A DNA stretch of 64,000 nucleotides from Mobula hypostoma (lineage: Eukaryota): positions 179,802,001-179,866,000 of the forward strand of contig NC_086097.1 in assembly GCF_963921235.1 (NCBI RefSeq), given 5' to 3'. Positions 39,301 to 52,322 of this stretch are shown here, piece by piece. Every line of letters begins with the position of its first letter. Position 1 is the stretch's first letter. The position numbers and the translations under genes were made by a program. The notes beneath the pieces were generated by a model. The model saw only the letters and a list, made by a program, of their open reading frames with translations, did no database searches and had not been told where the DNA came from.

Positions 39301-39900
39301 CTCCCTTCCTTTCTGAAACACAGAGCCAGACCCAGTGCCAGAGACCTGGTTACTGCAGCTTCCCCCGGTAGGTTCCCACCCAATATTATCCAAAGCGGTA
39401 CACTTATTAACAAGGAATGCCACATGGTCACTCTGCATTGTCAGAGACCTGCCTCCTGCATCTGAGGAGTGACCATCTCCCCGTAGCTGCTACCTATCAC
39501 CTCATTATTTTCCCGTATGAGCAGAAGGTCACTGAGCTGCAGCTCCTGTTCCCGAACACGGTCTCTAACGAGCTGTAGCTCAATGCACTTCATGTAGATA
39601 TAGTTATCAGAGAGACTGGAGGTATAGTTATTGTGTAGAAGTAGTTATCAGGGAGACTAGATTTCCCACATCTCACACAAGGAACATACCACTTCCTCTA
39701 GCTCTATTCTCAGCACGCTAGCTATATACTAGCAGAAAAAAAACTTATTAGAAACTTTCTTACTTACTTACTTAAAACCCCCGCCTGTGTTTGCCCAAGC
39801 CTGTTGAGTCAAAGCCAGACCACTCTAACAACGTCCCATTCCAAAAACGGCCACTCCGCTTACATCTCCTTTCTTTTTATTGGCCCCATACTGATAGCTG
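33310..39900 (-). mobile_element. Decayed long CR1 LINE, host of nested insertions
   Basis: Collinear with the 684-5630 copy (ORFs 33452..33700, 36744..36932, 37967..38266, 38585..38983, 39010..39207); interrupted at about 33746-36755 and 37596-37698. Confidence 0.85.
33854..36753 (+). mobile_element. CR1 LINE with almost complete but disabled ORF2 (APE endonuclease + RT)
   Basis: [84 protein letters not shown]; several frameshifts and stops; (TTCTATG)n tail. Confidence 0.95.
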
Positions 39901-40732
39901 TCAACCAAGAATGTTGGAAGCAGCTGAACTCTCTTTAAACCTCGCACTGTGTCAACCAACCAACAATCTCTTGCGCTGATTGCCACCCATTGAGAAAAAA
40001 GCCGAAAGCACCCAAGCTCATATAAACCTAGGTAGTGGAAGCAGATTTACGAGGAATCTCTTGAGGGAAAATAAATATTGGAAGGGTAGAAAATTGCAGG
40101 GCTTAGTGAAAGAGCTGCAGCGGGAGATGTATAAGATAGGGTTCTTGAGGTGCTAGGACAAGCATGGTGGGCCAAATGGCCCTCCCTGTGGGATTTTTCT
40201 GTGAGAAAGCAACATTAATGTGGTGCACAGGGAGTTTTCACAGACTGGAGTCTGCCAGGCCTTTGTGTCCCAGTGCTTCCTGATTTAATCAGTCTTGCCT
40301 GTGTTTATTTCTTTCATTCATCTGCCTTACAATGCAAGTCATTTATATCTGAGTAATTTGAATAAATAAGGTTATTCTATGGACGCTATCTGAAATCGAT
40401 GCACAAATGCCTATTACAATCACACTTTTGTTTCCCTTTCACAGGAACGCAATCTCAGCATTAAGCGAAAACATTACAACCACTGTTTACTTGAAGGTTG
40501 TTTTTAAATCGATGCCAAAAGTAAACTTGTGTATTTTGTAGATTAATTGGCAGGTTTATGTAGTTAATTGTTGGATCAGAGTAACATTTGGCCTACTGGA
40601 AATAGATTGTACTTAGTTATTCCTTAAAAGCCCTTTCAAATGCAATTGCTCACAGGATATGAACACTTCTGGCAATTCCTGCCAACTCTAATTGTCTCTG
40701 ATCTGAAGAGATAATTAAGATTCAACTACAAA

Positions 40733-40950
40733 GTGTCACAGTAGTGCAGAGGGTATAGCTACTGCCTCACGGGTCCAAAGTCCTAGGTTCGATCCTGACC
40801 TCAGATGCTGTCTGTGTGTAGTTTGCAGGTTCTCTCCGTGATTGTTGAATGCTCCACATCTGAGAGTCATGAGGTAGATGGGTTAATTGGCCACTGTAAA
40901 TTGTTCCTAGTTTGTAGGATAGTGGTAGAATTGTGGCGATTTAGCTGGGG
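40733..40950 (+). mobile_element. HE1/V-SINE-type SINE
   Basis: B box GGTTCGATCC at about 40786, followed by tgtgtgtagtttgcaggttctctccgtga and gggttaattggccactgtaaattg. Confidence 0.7.
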
Positions 40951-41099
40951 AATGGCCAGGCCTCAAGAGCCAACATCTACATTGTAGGCAAATGGATTCC
41001 TTCTCTGTTGTGAGGAATCAGAGAATATGGCACCTGGAGTGGGTCTGGAATCACATATAGACCAGAATGGGTAAGGACAACAGCTTCCTCCTCTGAAGG

Positions 41100-41270
41100 C
41101 ATAAGAGATTCTGCAAATACTGGAAATCTTGAGCAACACACACAAAATCCTGAAGGAACTGAGCAAATGAGGCAACATCAGTCTGAAATGAGGCAACATA
41201 AACAGTTAATTGCTCATTCCCCTCCAGCCTGACGCCTCTGAGTTCCTCCAGGATTTTGTGTGTCTTGCAC
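41100..41270. mobile_element. Second miniature fold-back element of the Penelope-related family
   Basis: Arms gcaacacacacaaaatcctgaaggaactgag / ctgagttcctccaggattttgtgtgtcttgc; direct duplication CCTCTGAAGG at 41090 and 41271. Confidence 0.7.
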
Positions 41271-42049
41271 CTCTGAAGGAAATAGATTGGTTGTTACAAA
41301 ATCCAATAACGTTGTGCCTACCCTTTTATTGCAAACTAAAATTTTCCACCTTCTGAGTGATATTTCAAACCCAAATCCAGAGTCCAGGACTCTTGGAGAC
41401 ACAACAGACTGCAAAGCACTTCCCTCCTTTGTCTCTTGTTCAAGATCCACCTACAGGATGCCCTGGAGAGATATCACTTCTACCTGCTGTTGTTACAACA
41501 AAGATCTCCAAATACTGTACCCTGACTCTATCCTGTCTCCCTTAGTCAAGTCTCTTCCCATCTGCATCAGGGACAACTCACTCTTTGACACTTCTGATTC
41601 TCTGGCCCCATCTTCACTGCGGTTGTTCCATTTTTATATATCTTAATTCAGAAAAGTCTTAAAGCCCTTTGCTTCTGTTTGCAACGAAGATCCAACCAGT
41701 TCCCCTCCACTAACACTCATCCATTGCTTCAGAGTCCAGGACACTTGGCTCCAGTAACAACCACCATGCCACCATTCCCTGTATGAAATATTCTCCTAAC
41801 CTCTCTTGTTCTAAGGAGAACAGTCCCAGATTCTCAGTCTTTGCTGGTGCTCCCTCACCCCTGGAACTCTTCTGGACAATGCTTTCCATTCCAAGGCCTC
41901 AACACGCTTCCTGAAGAGGAGCCCGCAGATTTGACCAAAGTATTCCAGCTGGGATATAATGAAAATGTTCTTCCAGTCACAGCAGAGCCACACTCTGTCA
42001 ACCTGCACTATTTGTCCACTGTAAAGTACCCTCAGCTGTGTAACTGAAT

Positions 42050-42392
42050 GATAGAGTGAGGCATTGATCGTGTGGATAGTCAGAGGCTTCTTCCCAGGGC
42101 TGAAGTGGCTTAGATGAGAGGGCACAGTTTTAAGGTGCTTGGAAGTAGGTACAGAGGAGATGTCAGGGGTAAGTTTATTTTTACACAGAGAGTGGTGAAT
42201 GTGTGGAATGGGCTGCTGGCAATGGTGGTGGAAAAGGATACAATAGGGTCTGAAGAGATTCCTGGATAGGTACATGGAGCTTAGAAAAATAGAGGGCTGG
42301 GGGCAACCTTAGATAACTTCTAAGTACGTACATGTTTGGCAGAGCATTGTGGGCTGAAGGGCCTGCATTGTGCTGTAGGTTTTCTATGTTAT
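42050..42392 (+). mobile_element. CR1 3' fragment (same subfamily as 16128-16855, 53119-55450 and 57684-58800)
   Basis: Shared gtaggtacagaggagatgtcaggggtaag block and ttttctatg tail. Confidence 0.85.
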
Positions 42393-42704
42393 TAGATATA
42401 GGAATAGAATTTTTCCCTTCAGCCCACTGAGTCTCTCTGCTATTTGATCATAGTTGATTTTTTTTTTCAAACCCATTCTCCCATCTTCTCCCCCTGACCA
42501 ACCAATCCAGAGGAATTGCTGGGAATTTTGGGAGAAGTACAATTGTATTAGAGTAAGATTACTGTAAATGGGTGGTGTGGTCTCATTGGTCAAAGGATTT
42601 CTTTCTGTATTGTATCTCTATGTGTGCAATCATGAAGGTGGCACGTTGGTGGTTCTACTTTGTCAAGAGTTCGAGAAGATGGCACGTAATCAAAGACTGT
42701 TGCA

Positions 42705-43195
42705 TATTTCCACAATGTATGGTGGGGAGTATTCTGACTAGCTCCAGCACAGCCTGATATGGTGGTGTGGACGATCCAATACACAGGATCACAAGAGGCT
42801 GCAGAGATTTGTAGACTCAGGCAGCTCCATCAAGGTACAGGCCTCCATACCATCGATGACATCTTTCAGAGGCAATGCCTCAAGAAGGCAGCACCCAGCC
42901 CTAAGGATCTTCGCCATCTGGGACATGCTCTCTTTTCATTACCACCACCAGAGACCAGGTACAGGAGCCTGAAGACTTACACTCAGTGATTTAGGACCAG
43001 CTTCTTCCCTTCCACCATCCCAATTCTGAATGGTCCATGAATCCATAACACAACTTCATTATTCCTTTCATTTTTGCAATACCTTTAAATATTTTTTGTA
43101 ATATATAGTAATTTTATGCTCTTGCATAATACTACTGCCACAAAACAATAATTTTCACATCATATGTCAGTGATAATAAATCTAATTCTGAATTT
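42705..43195 (+). mobile_element. Rex1/Babar-type LINE 3' fragment
   Basis: RYRSLKT-type C-terminus (ORF 42759..42989) and aataaatctaattctga tail. Confidence 0.7.
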
Positions 43196-45194
43196 GACTC
43201 TATGAAAAGTGGTAAGAATGATGAGGCTCCTCTTGCGTGACAACTGGCCTTGGCTTGGCTTGAAGAAACAGGTTTTTTTATTCTAACTACTAATCAGCTG
43301 TGTATTGAACTGAAACTTTGCAGAGTCTGCCTCTATTCTAAACCGCACCCACAGTTGGAATTTGCTCCAAGTTCTGGAGAACTTGCCAAGTTTGGACAAG
43401 ATTGGGAATTTATATGGAAATTAGGCAGATAGAGATTAATGCACATTTTCGGTGGTGCATTAATCATCTAAATTCAAAAATGTACCGTGGGGTGCATATA
43501 GCCAACAGACAGACTGGAGCTGACAAATGTAAGGTAGCAGCACTGGGCAATGGTTATTAGGACCAAGACTAACACCACAGCTCCTGTGGCTTTCAGTGGC
43601 ATCATGTCCCACCCTCTCAATGTCCTGTGGTTAGCAAGAGCTGAAACTTTAACGGATCTAACGTGCTCTACAGTGTGCTGCAGATAGAGAATGGGTTCTC
43701 TGCAGAGTGACATCTCCTGGGCCCCACTATTTCTGCTCATTATTCACACAGCCAAATTCCCAAAGGTTGGTACCTGCGTGCAACAGAGGGAGTGGTTGAG
43801 GCAGGTTCAATAACAAATTTTAAAGGACAATTGAACAGTTTAATGGATTGGAAAGGTTTAGAAGGTTATGGAAATAGATATAGCTTGGATGGGGCATTTT
43901 GGTCGACATGGACTGTTGGGCCATAACGCTTGTTTCTGTGCTGCGTGAATCGATGATACCCTTTGCAAGGGAACTAGGGATAGCATCAACACTCACTCTC
44001 CAGTAACCACCCATGCCCAAGGCCATTTGGCCCATTCCATCAGTACCCTCTGTCTTAAAGTGCCCTCCAATCAGACCCATCTCAACCTGCATTAATTCTG
44101 GATTCAAGCACCTTATTGAAATTAATCCAATCTTTTTCAGTAAATTCTGATTAAATCTGTATTCTCTTTCAGCTCAAGAAAGTCAGACTGGATGTAGAAA
44201 AATATCTAACTGAGGAGAGCAATGTCATAATTCATCAACCATTCCTCAACCCCAACTAGAACACAGCGCAAAGAGCAGTACAGCACAGGAACAGGGCCTG
44301 TAGCTTGCCATGTCTGTGCTGAACATGATACCAATTAGACTATATCTTTTCTGCCTGAGCATGATCCATGCCCTTGCATTCCCTGCATGTGCCTGTCGAA
44401 AACACCTCTATCAAGGATCACCCTTATCCACCATACACAGTTATGTGTGTTAGGAATCTGCTGTGGTGCGTTGACATGATGTGCAACTTAAAAAAAACAA
44501 CATTCAGTAATTCTAAGAATAAAGAATTATATAAAAAATAAACTTTGAAGGTAAATAACAGATATAGAATAAAATGTGCATCAATGCATAAACACCAGAA
44601 TGTACTTATAATGTAAAGTGCAGTTTCAAAAGTGGTTTCAAGTGTTTACAATGCAGTGACAATGGATAATAGAGAGTGTGATGGGGGTGGTTAACTAGGA
44701 TGCTTGATCAGATTAACTGCCTGGGGAGGGCATGAAACTTTTGTTTGAATAGCCCTATACTGCTTTCCAGAAGGGAGCTATTGGTAAAAGCAGTTTGCTG
44801 AGTGGGTAGTGTCTACAAAGAATTTGTCATGAATACATACTAGTCCTGTAGTGATGGTAGATTGCAGCCAACTATCTTGATATCTGCATTCACCACCACC
44901 TCCGGCAGCCTGTTCTAGGTACCAGCACTCTCTGTGTAAAAAATACTTGCCCCTTACATCTCCCCTCTCTCACCTTAAATGTGTGTTCTCTAGTATTTGA
45001 CATTTCTACATGGGAGAAATATTGTGGCTCTTTATTCTATCCATACCTCTCAAAACTATCAGGTTTCCCGTCAGCCTCCGTTACTCCAGAGAAAACAACC
45101 CAAGTATTGTCCAACTTTTCCGTATAACTCATATCCTCTCACACAGGCAGCATCCAGGTGAACTTCCGCACCCTCTCTAAAGCCTCCACAATCT

Positions 45195-46012
45195 GGCTAT
45201 GGGATTGCTTCGAGTCGGTGAACTGGGGCGTGTTCATCAGAGATTCGTAACAAATGCACCATGGTTGTCACAGACTTTATAACAACAGTCGTAGATGAGT
45301 GTGTCCCCACAAAATCATTCAGTCTTCCCCAACCAGAAGCCCTGAATGAACTATGAGATCTGCAATCTGCTGAGGACTGATCTGATGACCAATTAAAATA
45401 CAAGAGGTCCAGGTACGACCTCCAGAAAGCCATCTCGTGTGCAAAATTCCAGACCAAACTGGAGTCACTGAAGGATGCTCAGCCCCTGTGGCAGGACTTG
45501 AATGCAACATAGGTGACAACAAAACTTAACTCCCAAATGAGCTCAATGCCTCTTATGCTTGCTTTGACCTCCAAAACATGGAGGAATCTTCATGAATTTC
45601 CACAGCTCCCGAAGAACCTGTGATTTCAGTCTCTGAGGCCGTGAGAGCATCCTTCAGGAGGGGGATCCCATAGAAAGCATCTCCCCGTACAGGTACCTGG
45701 CCGAATACTAAAAACCTGTGCTGATCGACTGGCTGGAGTGTTCACTGAGGTCTTTAAGATCTCAATTCCACAGTCTGAGGTCCCTACCTGCCCCAAGCAG
45801 TCTTCAATTATATACCAGTGCCTAAGAAGAAAGTGGTAACCTGCCACAATAACTACCATCCAGTAGCACTTACATCCACTTGATTAAGTGCTCTGAGAGG
45901 TTGATGATGAAATGTATCAACTCTTGCCTAGGAAGCGAGTTGGATCTGCTCCAATTTGCTTATCATCACAACAGGCCAACAGCAGATGCCATTTCATTGA
46001 TTTTTCACTCAA
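45195..46012 (+). mobile_element. Decayed Rex1/Babar-type LINE internal fragment
   Basis: Reverse-complement homologous to 22500-23300; KCSERLMMKCINS..LDLLQFAY in ORF 45880..46206. Confidence 0.75.
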
Positions 46013-49000
46013 CCCACCTCCAAGAGGACCACAACCTTGCTGTAGGGTTTGGAGGCTTGTGTTCCTCAATGACCTGGAGAGCTATGTTGGCTGGAGTCAG
46101 GGCCTTGTACTGTGACTCTTGGTCGGGTCACACAAGCCAAACAGGTCAAAGGACGAAGAGGCCAGACCAAGAGTGGTCTACCGCTCCTCCAGGCCTGGGG
46201 GTTTAGCACAGGGCTAACCCTGACAGGTTAAAAAAAAATGTCACGGAAACAGCAGTGAAGAACCTATATCTGTAAGCGACGGTATTCCCCAGTCTCCACC
46301 TGGGATTTGCATGACTGACAGTACTGAAAAACGAGATGTAGCTACTGGCACAATGACGGAAGCCATGAGCACCACCAAGATCAAGGCCAAAATTGATTTT
46401 TGGAATGTACGAACCATGCACAACACTGGCAAGCTAGCACAGATAACTGCAGAAATATGTCATTACAACCTACGTATACTGGGCATTAGTGAAAGCAGAT
46501 GGACAGGGTCTGCATACTAAAGGCAGCAACTTTTGAAACAGTTTACACTCAGGAAGGGAAGATGGTCATGATGGTGTAGCTATCATTTTGACGAAAGGCA
46601 TTGAGAGGTGCTTGTTGGAGTGGAAACCAACCTACACTAGGCTGGTGAGAGTCAGGCTGAAAGGGAAGCAAGTGAACATGACTGTGATCCATTGCTACGC
46701 TCTACCTAATGACAGTGACGTCTAATCAAATCAAGTTTAATGATCATTCAAACCATACATGGGTACAGCTAAATGAGACAGTGTTCCTCTGGGGTCAAGG
46801 TGCAAAAACATACACGTACATTCAAAATAGCAAGAGAGGGAAAAAGAAAGAACATAGTCACACAAGAAAGCACATTTTTAGTCCAAGACCCTGAGCAAAT
46901 TGATGGTTCCTGGCAGTCCAGCCTGTAATTCCACCAATCCAGCACTACAGGGCAGCACTGACAGAAGAGGCCAACACCAGCCGATCACAAGCGCCACGCT
47001 ACACCACCTCCAGCGTTTCCTCACCTGGACTGGAGCAGCAAACGAGAGGTGACAATGCTACTTCACCTCCTGTCTCAGCACCAAACAAGGGAAACAAACC
47101 TGTGGCTATTAATATCCAACGGGGTTTTGCGATCGCAAAAGAAATGTCCAGGACAGTTACTCATAGCAATACTGCATGCCACCTTTGCACACAACCCCAG
47201 TGCCTTCAAGTAACAGGCACGGTCTGCACCCAGGTCAGCTCCTCCTAACCCAATCTGGCCCTGCTCCCACTGCCCAGTGGCCCAACTTCTGCTCCCATGG
47301 CTCAGTGGCTCCATTCTTCTCCCTAAGCCTGGCGGATGACCTCTCCTCCCTCACAGCACAGTGGACTGGCTGGCCTCCCATTCTCTGAACTGCCAGCCAG
47401 TTCATACAACACCCCAGCCAGCTACTCTGAACAATGAGCAGCTCACTGCTGTATCTATGGCTATTGGAGTCCAGTATAGTCTTACAATAAAAAAACACTT
47501 TTAACTAAAAAAAGCTCCTTTGGTTGGCCCCCAAGAGGTTGCTGTATCTATATGCACTGCCATCTACCAGAAGTATTGAAGAAAGGACATTTTTTACAAA
47601 CAGCTGCAATTGGAGGTAGAGTTAACACCACACCATGACATAATCATCGTCATGGGAGATCTAAATGCTAAAATGGGAAATTACAACTCCCACTTCACTC
47701 GGGTCATGGGCACACAAGGATGTGGAATGGTGAAATTCCAGTGGAATTCTGTGCCATGAACAACCTGGTCATAGGATAGACCCTCTTTCCACACCATGAA
47801 ACCCACAAACTAACATGGTGCTCACCCAATGGACGTGACAAGAACCAGAAAGACCATTTAATGATCAATGGTACATGGAGACGATCCTTGTAGGATGTAA
47901 AGGTGAAGAGAGGAGCAGATACAGGAAGTAATCATCACCTTGTTGTAGCAGTGATGAAACTCAAGCTGAGAAGCACTGGGACCAGAACACATGTACAAAG
48001 ACATATTGATGTTGAAAAGCTCAAAGACACCAGTGTGAGATCTGCCTTCACCATTCAGCTTAAGAACAGATTCCAGGCTTTGCAAGACATTGATGAGGAA
48101 GTGTACACAGGATTGACACAATGTGGAAAGGGTTTGCCTCAGTCATGGGAGAACAGCAAGGCTTGTCTGAGATATCGAGCTGGAAAGGAGAACAAAGAAT
48201 GGATACAAAGCATGGACAGCCTTAGAGGAAAGACGGAAAATTAAGAAGAAAGTGTTAGATGCAAACTCAACATGAATCAAGGTGAAACTTCAACTAGCAC
48301 ATACTGAAGCTGCCAAGAAAGTGAAGAGACTAGTAAGAAAGGATAAGGGGTTCTACATGGGAGATCTTGCAGAGGAGGCCGAAGCAGCAGCCAATCGAGG
48401 TGAAATACCATTGGTAAGCAGTAAGATCCAGGCCAGATCCAGTGCTCTTGTGAGAGATAAGAATGGTCTGCTTTTAACAACTGAGAAAGAGCAAGAAGCA
48501 CAATGGATAGATTATTTAGTCATAGTCATACTTTATTGATCCCGGGGGAAATTGGTTAAAGTGAATTTTAGTGAATTACTGAATAGACCACCACCAAATG
48601 AAGAACCTGACATACAAGAGGCACCAGACGACCTCGACATCAACACAGGTCCACCCAAGAAAGAAGAGATAGTCGCTGCGATTAAACCATTAAAGTACAG
48701 CAAAGCTTGAGGACAGGACAACTTGAATACGAACTGTTCAAAGCTGCAGCAGCCATCCTGCAACCACCGTTTTACTATAATCTGGGAACAAGGACAAGTA
48801 CCCAAGGACTGGACAAAGGAAGCTATTGTTAGGATCCCCAGGAAAGGAGCACGAAGTGATTGCAACAATTACACTTTTGTCAGTACTCAGCAAGATTCTC
48901 GCCAAAGTCACTGTCCAATGGATTATGGATGCTGTTGAAGTGTGTTTGAGGAAACAGCAAGTTTGTGTCAGGAGAAACAGAGGCTGTGTCAACCAGATCT

Positions 49001-49100
49001 TCACGCTGCGTAACTTCATTGTACAGTGCATAGAGTGGCAGAGACAACTATATGTGAATTTCCCTGACCACATGACATGATGTGAAGAAGAATGAATGAA
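46013..49100 (+). mobile_element. Decayed RTE-clade LINE (5' UTR, endonuclease, start of RT; internally deleted)
   Basis: FWNVRTMHNTGKLAQI..LGISESRW, RGADTGSNHHLV, VPKDW..IVRIP.KG, RGCVNQIFTLR; ends gaagaagaatgaatgaa just before an exon donor. Confidence 0.85.
46722..47576 (-). mobile_element. Non-coding retroposon-like insertion in the RTE endonuclease region
   Basis: Splits the RTE frame NDSD | IEE..DIFYKQLQ. Minus strand begins acttctggtAGATGGCAGtgc and ends ATTAAActtgatttgatt. Confidence 0.6.
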
Positions 49101-49110
49101 CAACACTTAC

Positions 49111-49208
49111 CTCCTGTTTGTGATGGGTCCATGAATGGCAACACAATGGATTTTCGGTTCCACGTATTCGATGCAGAATTCAGTAACTGGTATTAAGTAA
49201 ACTTGGTG
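49111..49208 (-). CDS. LAMA3: LAMA3 exon (98 nt): HQVYLIPVTEFCIEYVEPKIHCVAIHGPITNR
   Basis: Not in the ORF track; translated by hand. Acceptor ttccacctctag|CAC, donor AG|gtaagt; phases fit both neighbours. Confidence 0.9.
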
Positions 49209-49644
49209 CTAGAGGTGGAAAGGAACAAAGAAAAGTAACTATCAGTACCAAGTTAGTTTAAAACAAAACACCTGAGCAAATCAATTGTCACAGTTGTGTT
49301 ATCATTTGAGGACATTGATCACATTCAATATCCTTACAAGGACACAAGAAAGAGGAACAGGGTTAGGCTTCGTGGCCCCTCAGACTTGTCCCACCATTCA
49401 ATGTGATCATGGCTGATTAATGCTGGCCTCTTCCATGCACATTCCCCATTGCCCTCAGTTTCCTAATCATTTAAATATTATTTAAATAACATCTCCATCT
49501 TCAGTATAGCTGACATAACCCAAATATAATCTTATAAAATCAAGAGGGGGTATAGATAGTGTTAATGCACACAGTTTTCTTACCCCTGAGAAAGGGGATC
49601 AAAATTTAGAAGGCACAGCTGTAAGGTGAGAGGAGAAAGATTTA

Positions 49645-52322
49645 GACCATAAGACATAGAAGCAGAATTAGGCCATTCTGTCCATCAGATCTGCTCTGCC
49701 ATTTCAACATGGCTCATCCATTTCTCCCTCTACCCCATACTCCTCCATTCTCCCTGTAACCTTTCACTCCCTGACTAATCAAGAAACTATCAACCTCCAT
49801 CTTAAACATATCCAATGACTTGGCCTCACAGTCCCCCATGACAACAAATTCCACAGATTCACCACCCTATGTCTAAAGAAATTCCTCATCATCTCCATTC
49901 TAAATGGACATCCCTCTATCCTGAGGTTGTGCCCTCTGGTTCTAGGCTCCCCACCATAGGAAACATCCTCTCCACATCCACTCTATCTAGGCCTTTCAAT
50001 ATTTGATATTCAATGAGATTCCCCCCTCATTCTTCTAAATTCCAGCGGGTAAAGGCCCAAAGTAATCATTCGCTCCTCATACAATAAGTCTTTCATTCCC
50101 AAAATCATTCTTGCGAACCTCCTCTCAACCTTCTTCAATGTCAGCACATTCTTTCTTAAATAAGTGTCCAAAATTACTCACAATACTCCATGAAGCCTCA
50201 CCAATGCCTTGTACAGCCTTAGCATTGCATCCTTTTCTAGTCTTCTCGAACTGAATGCTAACATTGCATTTGCCTTCCTCACCATCAACTCAATCTGCAA
50301 ATTAGCCTTTAGGGAATTCTGCACAAGGACATTCAAGTCCCTTGCACCTTGGATTTCTGAATTTTTTTTCCCTGTTTAGAAAATAGTCTCTGCTTTTATT
50401 CCTTCTACTGAAGTGCATGACCGTACACTTCCCAACATTGTATTCCATCTGCCACCTCTTTGCCCATTCTCCCAATCTGTACAAGTCCTTCTGCAGCCTC
50501 CTTACTTGCTCAACATTACCTGCCCCTCCACCCACCTTCAAATCACCTACAAACTTGGCCACAAAACCATCAAGTGTCTTCTACAGTGAAGACTGATGCA
50601 AAATACTCCACTGTTTCCTTGTCCCCCTATTACTACCTCTCCAGTGTCATTTTTCAGCGGTCCAATATCCACCCTCATCTCTCTTTTACTCCTTATGTAT
50701 CTGAAAAAACTTTTGGTACCTTCTTTGACATTGTTGGCTAGCTTACCTTCATGTTTTATCTTTTCATCCTTATGGCTCTTTTTGTTGCCTTCTGTTGGTT
50801 TTTAAAAGTTTCCAAATCTCCAACTTCCCACTAATTCTTGCTCTGTTATAATGCCTTCTCTTTGGCTTTTGTGTTGGCTTTGACTTCTCGTTAGCCATGG
50901 TTGTATCATCCTGCTTTAAAAATTCTTTTTCTTCTTTGGGATGTATCAATCTTTCACCTTCTGAATTGCTCCCAGAAACTCCAGCCATTGCTGCTCTGCT
51001 GTCAACCCTGCTAATGTCCCCTTTCAATCAACTTTGACTCACTCCCCTCTCATGCCTTTGTAATTCCTTTTACTCCACTGTAATACTGATACATCTGACT
51101 TTACCTTCTCCCTCTCAAATTGCAAGGTGAATTGTATCATAGCATGATCATTGCCTCCTCAGGGTTCCTTTACTTTGAAATCCTAATCAAATCCAATTCA
51201 TTATACAACACTCAATCCAGAATAGGTGGGCTCAACCAGGTGATCATCCAGATGGCATTTCTGAGCAAGCTGTTCTAAAAAAAAAATCTTGTAGGCATTC
51301 TGCAAATTCTCTGTCTTGAGATCCAGCACCAATCTAATTTTCCCAATCCACCTGTATATTGAAATCCCTATCGTATCATTGCCCTTTATACCTGCCTTTT
51401 CTATCTCCCGTTGTAATTTGTAGCCCACATCCTGGCAACTGTTCAGAGCCCCGTGAGGGTCTTTTTACTCTACCCACAAGGACTCTGCATCTTCTGAGAC
51501 TTTTGTCACTTCTTTTGAAGGATTTGATTTCTTTTTTTTACTAACAGAGCCACCCCATCCCCTCGGCTACCTGCCTGTCTTTTCAATACAATGTGTACCC
51601 TTGGATGTTAAGCTCCCAACTATGATCTTCTTTCAGCTACAACTCGCTGATGCCCACAACATCATATCTACCCATCTCTAACTGCGCGACAAGACCATCT
51701 ACTTCATTCCATATACTGCGTGCAAACATAACATCTTCAGTCTTGTACTTGTCTGCCTTTTTGATTTTGTCCCCGTTACACTGCAACTCATCCCATTGAC
51801 TGCCCTTTTGCCCATGTCCTTCCTGACAGTTTCACTGCACACGACCTCTGCTTGTAAACTAACAGCTCTAATCTAACCCCATCACTCCGGTCCCCAACAC
51901 CCTGCCAATATAGTTTACCCTCACCAATAGCTCTAGCAAACTTGCCCCCAGGGATAATTCTCCCCCTTGGGTTCAGGTGTAACTCGTCCCTTTGCACAGG
52001 TCATACCTCCCCAGAAGAGATCCCAATGATCCAGAAATCCGAAGCCCTGCCCCCTGCAAGGGTTCCACAGCCATGTGTTCATCCGCCAAATCATCCTATT
52101 CCTATCTTTACTGGCTCGTGGTACAGGCAGAAGTCCAGAGACTGTTACCCTGGAGGTCCTGTTTTTCAGCTTTCTACCTAGCTCCCCAAATTCTCTCTCC
52201 AGGACCTCTTCCCTTTTCCTACCTATGTCATTGGTGCCAATACGTACAAAGACTTCTGGCTGCCTACCCTCCCCTTGAGAATATCATGGACTTGATCTGA
52301 GACATCCCTTATCCTGGTATCT
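49645..52322 (-). mobile_element. Decayed, internally deleted CR1 LINE
   Basis: Collinear with 684-5630 (ORFs 50302..50562, 51201..51428, 51788..51997). Confidence 0.85.
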
